A stretch of DNA of 64,000 nucleotides, from the NCBI GenBank assembly GCA_000708835.1, contig DF237143.1, positions 62,001 through 126,000 on the forward strand, read 5' to 3'. A program made the position numbers and the translations under genes. Numbering within the stretch: the first letter of the stretch is position 1; the number at the start of each line of letters is the position of its first letter. Shown here piece by piece: positions 26,459-48,825 of this stretch. The notes under the pieces are model-generated. The model was not told where the DNA came from. It saw only the letters and a list, made by a program, of their open reading frames with translations, and did not search any database. The stretch comes from Klebsormidium nitens. Lineage: Eukaryota > Plantae > Klebsormidiophyceae.

Positions 26459-29400
26459 ATGGGCGGCTTTGTTGAGCATGCAGAGCAGGAGAGGCAGACC
26501 AATCAGCAGTTGCCAGGTGGCAGTCAGGGACAGGCGCAATCAGAGCTGCTCCTGAGCGTGCCGGACGTGCAGATTCACCAGGTTATCGAGCGGGAGGAGA
26601 GAGCGTTTCCACTGGCAGAGGGAACGCTGACTGTTGTCTCCGTATCACTGCCGGGGCACGAGAACAGAATTGGTCTGGTTGCCAAGGTGGGTGACCACAT
26701 GCCGTGTCATAACACTTCTGGTGTCTTCTTACTTAGCATTCGTGTACTTGGAATAAATCTAGCCGCTTGTGAACCTTGTTTTTGTTCCTTTCATCTTGCG
26801 AATTTGTCTTATGAGCTTGTAGCTGTCCAGTTGCTGATGCGTTTAAACTCCTGTTTGAGAACATGGTGCAATGGCTCCAAGACATTGAGGGAGTTGAACA
26901 CACGTCGTCTGCAGCATTTCTTCGTATGTGTGTTGCTCGTTTGCAAAGCTCCCAGCAGGAGCGAGGGAGCCATACAGGGCCAGTTGTGCATGCAAAGACC
27001 TGAGCACAGTGGGTGATTGCAAAGATTTTGCGGAGAAAGATTTGAGCAATTGCATCTCCTCATTGGCCAGTCCCTTCAGGAGGCGGGAATTCTTTGGAAG
27101 ATAGGGCCAGGTTGCATGCATGATATCCTGGCAGTTGGCACAGGTTCCATTCAATCAGACAAATCACTCTGAGCCGCCGACCTGGTATGTTGAAAACGTA
27201 CAGAGTGGAGGTTTATTCTCAGAGGCTGTTTGCCAAGTATCGTATGCAGACATGAGACCAATATTCCTCCTGTCATTCTGTGTTTGGCTATGAACCCTAA
27301 GCTTTTTTGCCTGATTGTGTCACAGTTTAGGCATAGTAGATGACTCAAACCTTAAACTACTTGCGTGGCCAGATTGTCCTACATTCAACTGAAACGCTAG
27401 CCATTCCTTATACCAACACATAAGATTCTTGCACAAACCTGCTGCATCTCTCCTCCTGAAACTAGGTTGGAGAGTTTGAGTACCCACTGGCGAAGGACAC
27501 CGCGTGCCTGCGCAGCAGCCCCCACCAGTATGTCTTCGTCCTTTCCGATGGGGTCCTCATAGGCCTGACCCTACCTGGAGACACCCCCCCTGAAGCGGTG
27601 GACCTCTTCGAGCTCCTCCTCGAGCAGTGCTGCGACTTTGCCATCCAGCAAGATGGGACAGCAACCAAACCTGGGGAGGTTCTGATAACCAAACCTGGGA
27701 ATGGTGAGCGGCAGGAAGTGGCGGTGGATTCGACGGGCCGGCCTCAGCAGAGGGAAAACTTTTCAGCTGACCACCCGGGTTTCGGCGCAGACCCAAGTGC
27801 TAACAAGGGGAAGAACAAGTATGTAGTTTCCGGTCCTGACGCTCCGTCCCCCTCGCAATATCCACCAAGCACATCGGCACCAGCAGCTTATGCCACCGGA
27901 CTGCCCGCTAGTCAGCCAACTGGTGTGAATAAGTACGTGGTGTCAGGGCCTGGCATGCCTGCCGCTCCTCCAGGCCTGGGTCAGGGGACAAGCGCCTATG
28001 GAGGGCCAGCCGCTTATGCTGGAACGAGCGCTTATGGTGGTGCGGGTCATGAGAGCCAAGTGCCAGTTGTGCACCCTGATGGGAGCATGACTGGAGCGCA
28101 GCCGAGGCCAAAAAAGGTGGGGGAGCGACTGGCAGCCATTGTGGGAAGTGGAGCGGCGATGCTTGGACATGGTGAGGGGGAGAGACAATGGAGCACTCTT
28201 CTTGTGAGAAGGATCATTTAAACATTGTGATTATGCATGGTTGAGAGCTGGACCAGTCACACTGACTAACTGGGCAGCTTTGAGCTTGCGAAGTAACAAA
28301 GCAAGAGTAATGAGGAAGTACGGCAAATGGGAAGACTTCCAGATCGTATTGAGGACACATAGACATCATGTGAAGGAATGCACAGGGAGAATATTCGACA
28401 CCTTGAGTTTGTTGGAGGTATTCCTAACAGTTTTCAAATGCTATCTCTAATTTGCAAAACAAGTTATCTGTAATGGTTGTGTCTTGCGGGTAACAGGAAG
28501 GTCAAGCCGACAATCTTTTGTGTCCGAGGCCTTTTGCTGCCCAGCCTTGTCTCGCTTCTCTAGTAGGCGGGCCTTATCTTCAAGGAGTTGCAGGCAGCGA
28601 TATCCTGATGGGGAGTGCAGGGATTGGCAATTCTTAGCTCGGTATTCTTAGATCTAAAACACTGATTCTGCATTTTGCCTTCTCCAGGAATTGTCAAGGG
28701 CGGTGAGTGGACCGCCACGAAGATTCAGGAGCATGGTCAGAAGCAGAAAGCGAAGGCGGTGCCAAACGAGCGCCCAGCGGAGATCAGCCCGACGATCCAG
28801 TCCGGGGTGCGGGGCGCCAACCAGGCCTCCAAAGCGGCAGACGCGACTGCAAAGAAGGTGGGCTCAAGAAAATCCCGTCTTCACGTTGATCAGAACTTCC
28901 TGCTCTGGTTTACAGCGTCTCTTGGTCAGGATGGCCTGAACTGAAGCTCGGCTGTATTAAGAGGGGCACTGTCAAACAAAGAGCGAACCCGAGACCTGGT
29001 TTTTTGCAGAAGGTGCTGCCCCAGCATATGGTCAGTCGTGTCAGTCCGAGTTGCCCGGTTAGAGACCTCAGCAATCAAAGCAGATTGAGTGCAGTAGGCA
29101 AAGTGACTCGGGACCTTAGTTCATGAATACTAGGTTTTAGTAACGAAATGATTTGAGATGTATGTTGACGGTGCTTTGTACTATGCACTCTGGTTACGCC
29201 TCACCTTTCAACAGAGGCTTGATTCGATACAAGATTCTTTTAGCTAATCGGCCGTCGCACCATTTGAACCCCTGCAACCCAATATATTTCGTTTCATGCG
29301 CCACATGGTAAAGCCGATGTCAATCAACTGATATGTCTTCCCGCCCCCAGGTGGTTGGCGGCGCAGTCTACGTCATCACCGCGGTCGCCAGCAGCGTCGG

Positions 29401-30459
29401 GGCCGCCGTGCACGCAGTAGGGGGATCATCCCAGCCCGGGAAGGAGCCCAAGGTCGGCGCGCGCGCGCTCGCGGTTGCGTCTGTCGACGGGATTGCCCAC
29501 GTGTTCGACGCTCTGGAGACGTCCGGGAAGCACGTCATGGGCACCAGTCGGGAAGTCGGCTCGGATCTCATGCAGCACAAGTGAGTTGGAGGTTTCGTTT
29601 TCTTGTCAGCTTACCCCTCCGTGTCGAAACTCGTTTTCAGTGGAATGGCAGTGGCAGGCACTCGCCCGAAACAGATCGAAACGCTTGAAAGTCGGCTGAA
29701 CTTCCCTCAATGCTGCTATACACTGTATGCGAACCACTGATAAAGGTGGTCAGCTTATCACGAGTTGACAAGCTCATCTGAGCAAAGTCGGGCCTCGGCT
29801 CTCGGGCTAGTCTGGTGTACACGGTGCCTTGGGACTTTCTCGTTGTCCAGTCTCAACGGGTCTTTTGAAACAATTATGTCGAGATTTTCTGGATCGAAAA
29901 TCGTCTGACGTAGTATCATGAGAATTGCATATCGTTAGATTGATTATATTCAAGACAAGCCTGAGGTCTGATTTGCTGGTAAGAAGCTTAGGGCTACCTT
30001 AGCGCTGTCTAGCTAATCTGAAGGTGCTTGGTTACACTATCAATGAAGCCTTTCGTCTTTCGCCGCGGTTCTCGTCGACTGTTACTGTGGCGCGATCCTA
30101 CAGTCGACAAGAACGCCAATGAAAGTCTATTCGAACCACGCACCCAATGCGGGCCAGCTCTCATGTACGTCATCACCCCTCGCAGGTACGGCGCTCAGGC
30201 CGGCCAGCTGACGTCAGACGGGATGAGCACGCTGGGCCATATGATCCACGCGGGGTGGACCATCCGCAAGCTAGGGTTCCGCACTGTCGCACGTTCCGCT
30301 GCGACCAACACCGCGCTGCACGTCATCCGGAACAGCAACGACGGCGGAAACGGATCGGAGGCGCAGGCGATCAGCGGCTGGAACACCGCGCCCGCGCAGG
30401 GGGAGCTGGACGAGGCGCGGCGCGCAAACCAAGCAAGCGTGGCCGTGGGGATGATCTAA
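26459..30459 (+). CDS. Senescence/spartin-associated domain protein (ERD7-like), 5 exons
   Basis: Exons ~26459-26686, 27466-~28171, 28688-28857, 29351-29580, 30187-30459 join in phase. ELLLSVPDVQIHQV..LAEGTLTVV..VGEFEYPLAKD..HQYVF matches the ERD7 N-terminal region; GIVKGGEWT..ASVDGIAHVFDALETSGKHV..MQHKYGAQAGQLT matches the Senescence domain. Confidence 0.85.
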
Positions 30460-31758
30460 TGAGTACGTGGCTAAGTTGTGTTTGACCGCGAGAGTTGACA
30501 CTAAATTCTGAGAAAGCGTGGCTTAGGGCGGCAGAAGCATCTTTCGTGTGTTGGACGGACTTGGTGTTGGCGTAAGGTTACTGGTTGTCTGTCACTTATT
30601 GCATGCGCAGGGATGTGCGCTAAGTTCCACTGTGGCATCAGCCTCGGATCATTTGGCGCGCAGGTTAGAGGAGCTCAGCAGGTTTGAATTCCAGGTTAGA
30701 TTGGCACGTTCTACCACGAGTTTGCGCTGGAAGAGTTCCACGCAGACCTGCCGGTATCATTGTGAACGCCTTAGTCTGGGTTTGGTTCTTGAAATAGACG
30801 ATCTTTATAATGCACTTTTTGCACGCGTAGAAAAGAAGGTGTTCTGGCAGGGGCATCTGACTTAGATATTCGGAAACTGCGTAAGTGAAGTCCCGTAAAC
30901 GACGGTGGCATGTGATTTCATGCGGTTCCCTTTTCAAACGCCTTATGATCGCATGAACCGCAAGTTTGACCTTGTCACCTTTTCTGCTTGTCGTGGCACT
31001 AGATTCATCGTGTTTTGAACGGATAGGTTGCTACTTTCGCATGGTTGTTTCAAGCTGGCTAAAGTTGACCAGTGGCGATCGCTAGGCAAACGCCTTTGGG
31101 TGGATTATGAAATCTCCTCAAGAACAATGGTGCATGAAACTGTCAAACCTGCGTCCAATTCGGCAAATGCCATGCACTAGGCCGCCAAAACGCCAGCTAT
31201 ATTCAAAAAGTGGCGGCGTGTACATCATGAGGGATATTGCAACTCGCAACAGCTCTGCAGCGGCCTTGTTGCAGGGTATTCGAGCATTCTTCGAAGACAT
31301 CAGGATATATACATTAAGGCTGTTATGAAGCGTTGTAGAGTATATGTTCAAGATCACAGCGATACAATCTTGCTACAAACACGACCAACCATGCAGTGCT
31401 CCAAAGACTCCAGCAACCGGCAACCTTGCGCGTCGATACAGGTTACTTACATCTACATCACGAATCACGGATCAGACGCCACGCCCAGCCAAACGGGCAA
31501 ATCGTTATCTCGAATGTGAGGACTCACGGCATTTCCTGGCCGCCTGTCAACAGGTTCTGCAAAAAGTCCAGCTAGACCATGCTATCGACCGACTGACTGC
31601 CGCTTCTCCTGCAGTGTCCATTTTGGGAGTTGCAATCTCGACTTTCTCAGTGGTGCCATTTTCGTCACTTCCTTCCTTTGACCCAGCTAAAAGACTCTAT
31701 CTTAACTCTTCACGATTCTTCAACTCTCGACATGCTTTCGCTTCAACGCTCCGCCTGC

Positions 31759-33126
31759 TTACAAAGTTTCAAAACAGAATTGCTTGCACCAGCTTTTCAC
31801 CAGGCTCTCCTCCCCCAAGAGGTTTTCCCGAAGGAGCGGATTGTCACGGCGGATCCAGATTTCAGGATAGCGTGGAACAATCAGGCGGAAGAGCGAGACA
31901 GCAGCCGAGGAAGCCGTCTGGGAACACGTCCTCTCACGGTCTGAATTTTTGTCTCCAAGTACCAAAATCTTCGAGGAAAGTCCGAGACCTGGAGTAGGCG
32001 ACGTATACCCGAACTCCCATTCGAGCGCCTGAAACCTAGACCTCGACACCACCACTGCACGACTGACAGCCAGCCGTTCCAGCTTTGGAAGCTTCTCAAG
32101 AACGGTCGAAAAGTGCAAGACCTCTGGTGCCACCTTGCTCAAGCGATCCATACCACGAGGGACTGCATGTATCAGGAGCACCCTCAGGGAAGGACAGTGT
32201 TGCGCTATCTCCTGAAGCATCTCATTTGGCAGAACGTCCTCCCATACGTCCAGATCTAGGGTTTGAAGCCTTGCGAACTTGAGATCCAGGAACTTGTCAT
32301 GAGAAGGGAACCGAGTTTCTTTGACAAAGCACTGGAACCTGAGGGACGTGAGAGTTGTGAGTCCAGCAGGCATGCTGCTTGAGACCGCATCTGACCAGTC
32401 GAAGAACACGTGGGTTGTGATATCCAGATGGGTAAGACTGCTCGGTTAAACATCCTCTTTTCTGGCCGAGTCGTCTTCCTCCAGGTTTTCGAAGAACTCT
32501 GCGAAATCACCGCGTCCCTCCTGCCCTCCTCGGATTGTCAGAGCTTCCAAGTTTGGAAATTTGTCCGCGATAATCTGAATGCCTCTGGTGTAGTTGGGTG
32601 GATAGTAGTCCCCCGGGTCGACATCCATCCTTTTCAGGGAGTATGTTGATGTTGACAAGGAATCAATGAAGCATCCGAGTATCATCTCCTCCGTTTTCAC
32701 CGTCACGCTCTTCCATTCAATACTCGACAGCGCTGGCGAGATGTCTGATCCCCAGGCGTTCCATCCCACGACAAGGTCGCAAAGCGAGGGCCGCGACTCA
32801 ACTTCCTTCATAAGAGCTGTGCATGCATCTTGCTTCTGTGGTGCTTTCTGAAACGGCTTTAGGGTTGATGTCTGGAGGTCGGATGTCTGAGCAGGTACCT
32901 TCCGAATTGGCTTCTTTGGTCCCTTCTTTGCTCTCCAGTATGGTGGAAGCCAGCGAAGCACCAGAGTTCTGCTGCACCGGCGCGCAGACTGGTCGAAGCT
33001 CTCGCTCACACTTGCAAGCTTCTCCAGCGCCCAGGGTTTGCTTTCTGTGACCTTCCTTAAGATGCAATCTTGGATTTCACAGGGGAGGTCATCAAAGCTA
33101 GCAGGGCCTTGGCCACCTTGCGCCAT
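31759..33126 (-). pseudogene. Intronless F-box/LRR-like gene interrupted by one in-frame TAA at 32446-32448
   Basis: ORFs 32446-33126 and 31759-32409 are in the same frame, linked by TAA + PSSLTHLDITTH. F-box-like ASFDDLPCEIQDCILRKV. Collinear with the intact paralog at 34694-36142 across the stop. Confidence 0.75.
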
Positions 33127-33717
33127 CCTTACGTGCTCGCTTATCTACCCTGGCAACCAATTCCGGATTAGCAGGGACCCTTTCAGAAGAGTTGGGCTTC
33201 TCTTCAAAGTTTGCTTCAAAAGTCTTTAGTGCTGACTCGGCTTGCGCAAGTCCTGATGAGATAAGATTATTCCGTTCGTCTTGACTGCTCGATGCGCTCG
33301 TTTCGTCAACTTTGCGGCCGCGCTTGAGCAGACTTGTCTTTTGCACCATTGCGGGACCTGAGTGGACCTGAGCCCTCGATGTCACCATTGAAGCCATCGA
33401 ACGGTTGAAGCTCTAGGTTCAGCACAGACGGCATTTGGCCTTGGTTATGGCAACCCGGATTGACCCCGGTTTGAGAAGATGGATACTCCCATACGATACT
33501 ATTGCATCGCTGCAACTTTGAAAAGGATTCTTCATCGAAACTCCGTGACGACCCTGAAACCTCAGTTCCGGCCGCTTCGGACCAATTAGGAGCACTAATG
33601 ATCAAGCCTGCACACGCGAGTTGCAGTTGTGACAATTTGTCTTCTGCCGAGAATAAGCATGCTATCTTGATTCGCAATCCGATGAAAAATGGAGAGCAGG
33701 GTTACTTCCTCGCACCA

Positions 33718-33922
33718 GTAGCGGCGATGAAACTCAAGGAAAATAATAGTAAGCCCAGATATAGTAAGGTAACCGCACTGTGACGGGTAGGGTTAGCATG
33801 GTGGTTAGGGTGGGTACGGGTGCGGAGCGGGTGCTTTTTTTCAGGTTAGGGTTTTTAGTTTTAGTCGGAGCTTACTATTATCTTGGCTTACTATTATCTT
33901 TCTTGAGAGTTATGTAGCGGCG
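33718..33922. mobile_element. 187-bp MITE-like element (33727-33913) with terminal inverted repeats and a 9-bp flanking direct repeat
   Basis: GTAGCGGCG at 33718-33726 and 33914-33922. Inverted repeat CTCAAGGAAAATAATAGTAAGCC (33733-33755) vs reverse complement of 33885-33907, 21/23 identical. Second inner copies of the ATAGTAAG unit on both sides. G-rich interior with GGGTTAG motifs. Confidence 0.72.
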
Positions 33923-34693
33923 GCCCCCGGTGGCGCCGCGAGTCTTCATAAGGAGCATGCAGTGGCGAGCGTGTAAGCACTCACATCGGCATGGGCAATG
34001 ACTGCCTCTCATGCAGAAAGTGTCAGTCCCTCAAATTCCTTCCTGCACGTCTTATGGCACAGATCCGATTCCTTCAAGACTCACTTTCACAGCTGGCTTC
34101 CCGTATCGACAAAAATTTGGATCGTACCGCGCACCACGCACATGACGTCTGCCCACGTTTGATAACATTGCGGACGGCAGGAACGCATCTGAAACACGCG
34201 GCTTGTGTACACAAGTAGCTAAACGTGAACCCTCGACTCGCTTGCAGACAGCCAAGGTAATTGATTCCGCCCATGAACAAATACCGATTCCTCCACATTG
34301 TGCATCTGATTTGTGCACCGAGGACCTCAAATGCAGCCAGAGACTCTAAATTCTTCGATGCAATATGTGGCATTCGTAGTGATACATACTAACGCCTCAG
34401 TATGTAGAGTCTACCTACCGCGAATGAACACAGGTAGCTCGTGTTACAAAAACTTGTCCAACGATGCAAAATTTTCCCATTCTGAGGATTGAATCCCTTT
34501 CCTTAGGTCGCAAAGCGCCACATGATCTTCATACATCACCTCCATTCGAAGCCTCAACACATTCGTTTTTTGACTCTGCTACCCGACTTTGTTTCCTTGT
34601 AACTTGGAACACAGTCGATTCTAGCTACAACAAAAGCATTTCTCAGCCGTCTTGCTAACATTCAATCGACTCCGCTGCAAATCATCTCGAGAG

Positions 34694-36142
34694 TTACTTG
34701 CAAAAGGCTTCACACCAGCTTTTGACCGCGCTGTCCTCTCCTAAGAGCGATTGGTGCTGAAAAAAAGAGTCCTTTCGTCGTTCCCAATCTTCTGAACCAA
34801 TCGGAACAACCAAGCGGAAGACCGAGACACGTACAGACGGCGTAGAGAAGGAAGCCGCCTCGTCGAGGACCTCCCTAGTAAAGTCGCAATCCTTGTCTCT
34901 CAGCACAAGCACCTTGGTGTAGAGTTCCTTCTCACTTCTCCACAAACCGGAGTTGTCACGTGACGCAGGTGTGAGGCCAAGCTTTTTCACAAGTGCCAAG
35001 AACCGAGGCCTCGACGTGACCAAGACCCGACTGACTACGAGCCGCACCAGATCCGGACAGGTGTCAACAACGGTGGAGAAGTCGAGAATCTCGGCTGAAG
35101 GTGGCGTCAGGCGATTCAGAAGAGAAGGAACGGCGTTGATCGCAAGATGTCGCAACCATTGGCAGTTTTCTGCTACGTCCTGAAGCGTGGAGTTTGGCAG
35201 TTCCTCATCACGTACTGTCAAAGTCAAGTACTGGAGGCGCTTCAAGCTCGTACGGAGTGACGCGCTGTTAGCACGACACGGTTCTCTGCTAACTTTGCAC
35301 TGACATCTAAGGGAAATGAGGGCTGGCAGGTCAGCAGGCAGGCTTCTGGAAACTGCAGTGGACCAGTCTGGAAACACGTGGCTTGTTATTTCCAGATGTG
35401 AGAGACTGCTGATTGATCTTCTGGCAGCCTCCTTAATGGCGAAAGAAAACTTTGACAAGTGGTTGCATCCATCCTTCCCGCCACGAAGTGTGAGGATCTC
35501 CAGCTCCGGAAAGAAGTGCGCAAGGAATAGGATGCCGCTGATGAGGTTAGGTGGATAGTAGTCCCCTGGATGGACATCTAGCCGCTTTAAAGAGTTCCTG
35601 GACTTTGACAGGCAGCTGAAAAATTCACCTGGTGAACTCCATTGCAAGGCCACTGTCACGCTCTTCCACTGGATGCCTGAGATAGCTGGCCAAAGATTTT
35701 CCGATGCTTCTAGGCTTACGACAAGGTTGGAGAGCGATGGCCAAAACTGAAGTTGCTTGGCAAGAGCCCTGCATGCATCTTCATTCTCCGAAGCCTTTGC
35801 ATCTGCCTTCTGAAGATGCTTCTCCTGAAGATGCTTCTCCTGTGTTGGTCTCTGTATCGCCTTCCCTGCACTTCTAGATGGAGGCCGGCGAAGGACCAGA
35901 GTCTGGCTGTATCGCCGCGCGGATTCTTGTAGGATTTTGTTCACCCTTGCAATCTCATTGAAAGCCGCCGGCTTGTCCACTGCAAGTCTTCTCACGATGC
36001 AATCCACAATCTCGAAGGGAAGGTCATCAAAGCTGGCGTCGCCTTCGCACCTCACGGCCTGCGCCATGCCCCTACGCTGTACCTCAAAGAGGACTTTGCT
36101 TGCTGCCAGCACGTTCATTTGAAGCTTCTCTTCTCCCAGCAT
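34694..36142 (-). CDS. Intronless F-box/LRR(RNI)-like protein, 482 aa
   Basis: Single long ORF. F-box-like ASFDDLPFEIVDCIVRRL followed by LRR-like LxxL repeats (LEILTLRGG, LSHLEIT, LQYLTL, LRHLAI, LVRLVV). Shares PGDYYPPN and VKSWC..FC with the neighbouring paralog. Confidence 0.78.
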   Translation of the reverse strand: MLGEEKLQMNVLAASKVLFEVQRRGMAQAVRCEGDASFDDLPFEIVDCIVRRLAVDKPAAFNEIARVNKILQESARRYSQTLVLRRPPSRSAGKAIQRPTQEKHLQEKHLQKADAKASENEDACRALAKQLQFWPSLSNLVVSLEASENLWPAISGIQWKSVTVALQWSSPGEFFSCLSKSRNSLKRLDVHPGDYYPPNLISGILFLAHFFPELEILTLRGGKDGCNHLSKFSFAIKEAARRSISSLSHLEITSHVFPDWSTAVSRSLPADLPALISLRCQCKVSREPCRANSASLRTSLKRLQYLTLTVRDEELPNSTLQDVAENCQWLRHLAINAVPSLLNRLTPPSAEILDFSTVVDTCPDLVRLVVSRVLVTSRPRFLALVKKLGLTPASRDNSGLWRSEKELYTKVLVLRDKDCDFTREVLDEAASFSTPSVRVSVFRLVVPIGSEDWERRKDSFFQHQSLLGEDSAVKSWCEAFCK

Positions 36143-37468
36143 TCATTACTGACCTAAATATAGACAGCGCAGAGACTGGGCTTACACTGTGCTGAGCGAG
36201 GCAACTTCTGAAGAGGATGAACAGACGACCGCCGCATTGGCAATAACTTGAACAAGGCTTCTTATGTGCGCCCGTGAGAGACGGTGCTTCCTCACGCTTG
36301 AAGGGTAATCCATTCAGTTAACGTCTGTCTATTTGATGTTTGTAAGCTTTGCTCAAGACTACGATAGCAGTGCACTTTCAGTTCCAGCCAGAGAGGCCAT
36401 AAGCCAAGATAGAAGATATAAGTGGACGGTCGTAAGAGGTTCAATTTTGGGTCCTGTTTAGTTTATAGGGAAGCTGAATTACACATATATGCCTCCTGCT
36501 CGATGTGTAAGCCGATGTAGCGCCATCAACGGCGATTGCAACGGTCTACTAGGGAATCAAAACCGTTCCTCTCAAGATCTACGGCCCATTGATGAGATGC
36601 ACATGGCGGTGTCAGGCTCTATGTGGTATCATAGTAACAATGAAGCCGGATCAAAATCACGTGCCAATATTCCGTCCACAGTTGCCAACGGGCCGGGATC
36701 CACTGTACGCCCGAAAAACAAATTCAGCCCTTTGCTGACATATAAACTTTATCTCAAAAGGTGCTCCATTTCACTTACATTCGCGCCAGCTACTCTCTGG
36801 TGAGAGCCGCCAATCATGGACGTGATCCGCTATGTATCAGTTTCCTGCATGCAGACGGCTTGCAAGTACAGACATCAGTCAGGATCAATATCCCAAAGGC
36901 TGTCCGTATGCCAATGAGGTCATGCGCGCGCGTAGGCCCGTATGACAGCGCTGAATTGCAGCGCACTCACAAGTTTAGGCACCCAGCCAGCGGAAGTGCT
37001 TATTATGAGTGGAAAAATATACTCGATCAGTCCGTATGGTCTTCTCAACATGCTGCATATGCAACTTGGTTTGGACCGAGCCGCCAAGTGGCATACCACT
37101 GAACCTAGCGCCTAAGTACGAACTGGAGCTTCAGTTGAATGCATGCAATCTGACCCACTCGACCAGATTGACTGCAACATAGAAATGGCCGGCCAGGTAC
37201 GTGCATGCGTCTGAAACCTTGATACTTCACGAACGTGACTGGAATGATTACATGATAGCATAGGATTGCGGCTGGCGGCTGTGAAGTCCTTGCTCCCGAC
37301 CAATATGTTTCGAGGGTTCCGTTGCATGACGGGGACATTCCCGACCGTCTGGACGATAACTCTGTATGTAGGGCGCAGTCGCACAGTGGCGCAATTATAT
37401 TCTCGAATCAATCGCAAACATGGAGGGGTCTGCCATCTTTAACAATCATCTCCGTATCAACAAGCTCG

Positions 37469-47777
<10,309 letters not shown>

Positions 47778-48109
47778 TTTGCTAAAAGAACATGCCTTGC
47801 ACCAGCTAAAACTCACGAGTCTTGCTGTCTTCGTAGACTGTGCGCCTTCAAGCGCCAGCCCGCCAACTTCCAAGCGCGCCAAACTTGAAGTTGAAGTTGA
47901 AGTATGAGACTTTTCCGAATCAGACTTCTGCTTTTGACTGCGGCGTCCTTCGCGGCCGGGTCCCCGCGGTCACTTATATTCGCGGCCGCTACGAAGTGCG
48001 CGACTTGGGGGTTTTGGATTGAGTTCCGCCACATTCAATATTCCGCTAGGATCCGCCCCTGGGAACACTCCCCGGATCGGATTGAACTCAATTGCTCCGT
48101 TGACCTCAA

Positions 48110-48588
48110 TGACGTCAGGTCGAGCCACATGGCAGGGCTGCAGACAGGACTTTATCTCCATGTGGTCCTCGTGGGCGACGACGCCGTGCATGATATGCGG
48201 CTGAGTCAGCACGGCCTTCGCAGAGACTCGCACCGAATGCTCAATGGGTTCAGCAAGTCCTATCCGGTGCGAATCGAACCAGGGGAGACGGGGCTGAGTC
48301 AGCATGGAATGCCGCGGGACGGCTCAACTCTCGGCTGCTCTGACTCGGCAGCTTCTGCGACGCCCTGTCAGCCTTCCTCTTCTGCCCAGGGCCATGGCTA
48401 CCATTGGGAGACTTGCATTGAAAACAGAAATGCAAGCAAAGTCACCTGCTCGAAGTTCAGAAGTTGCGATCTGTTGCTGGTTGGGGAATCTGCCAAGGAC
48501 GATTGAACACGGCGTTGTTCAGTAGCCTTGCTTGTGTGCTTGGAATGCTCTGGCGGCCGACGTCTTCTCCTCGCTTGCACGTGAGTCA
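48110..48588. promoter_or_regulatory. Cluster of bZIP-type motifs in the gyrA/ICL divergent intergenic region
   Basis: TGACGTCA 48110-48117; GGCTGAGTCAGCA at 48199-48211 and 48292-48304; CACGTG 48578-48583 overlapping TGAGTCA 48582-48588. Confidence 0.45.
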
Positions 48589-48825
48589 AACGTGCAGCAA
48601 TTAGGTGTTTCGTGCTATTTGCTTACTTGAAAAGCCGATCCAAGTTGACATGGTGTTCAACTAAACTTCTGGAGTTCTGCAATTACGTTCAAGTTGCAAC
48701 ACTGCATCACTCTTGAGAGCAGCAAGTGATTGGAGTGCATTGACATCAAGGAATTGAGTCCACTGACAACCTACACTTCCTTGCAGCGGACTTAAACCCA
48801 ATTGCCTCACCATTGAATTGCTACA

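Noticed and set aside
31344-31997. 217-aa plus-strand ORF
   Set aside because: Partly antisense to the F-box-like gene, no motifs, no supporting splice structure.
47904-48506. 200-aa ORF between gyrA and ICL
   Set aside because: No family resemblance; sits in a CpG-rich divergent promoter region where stop codons are sparse.
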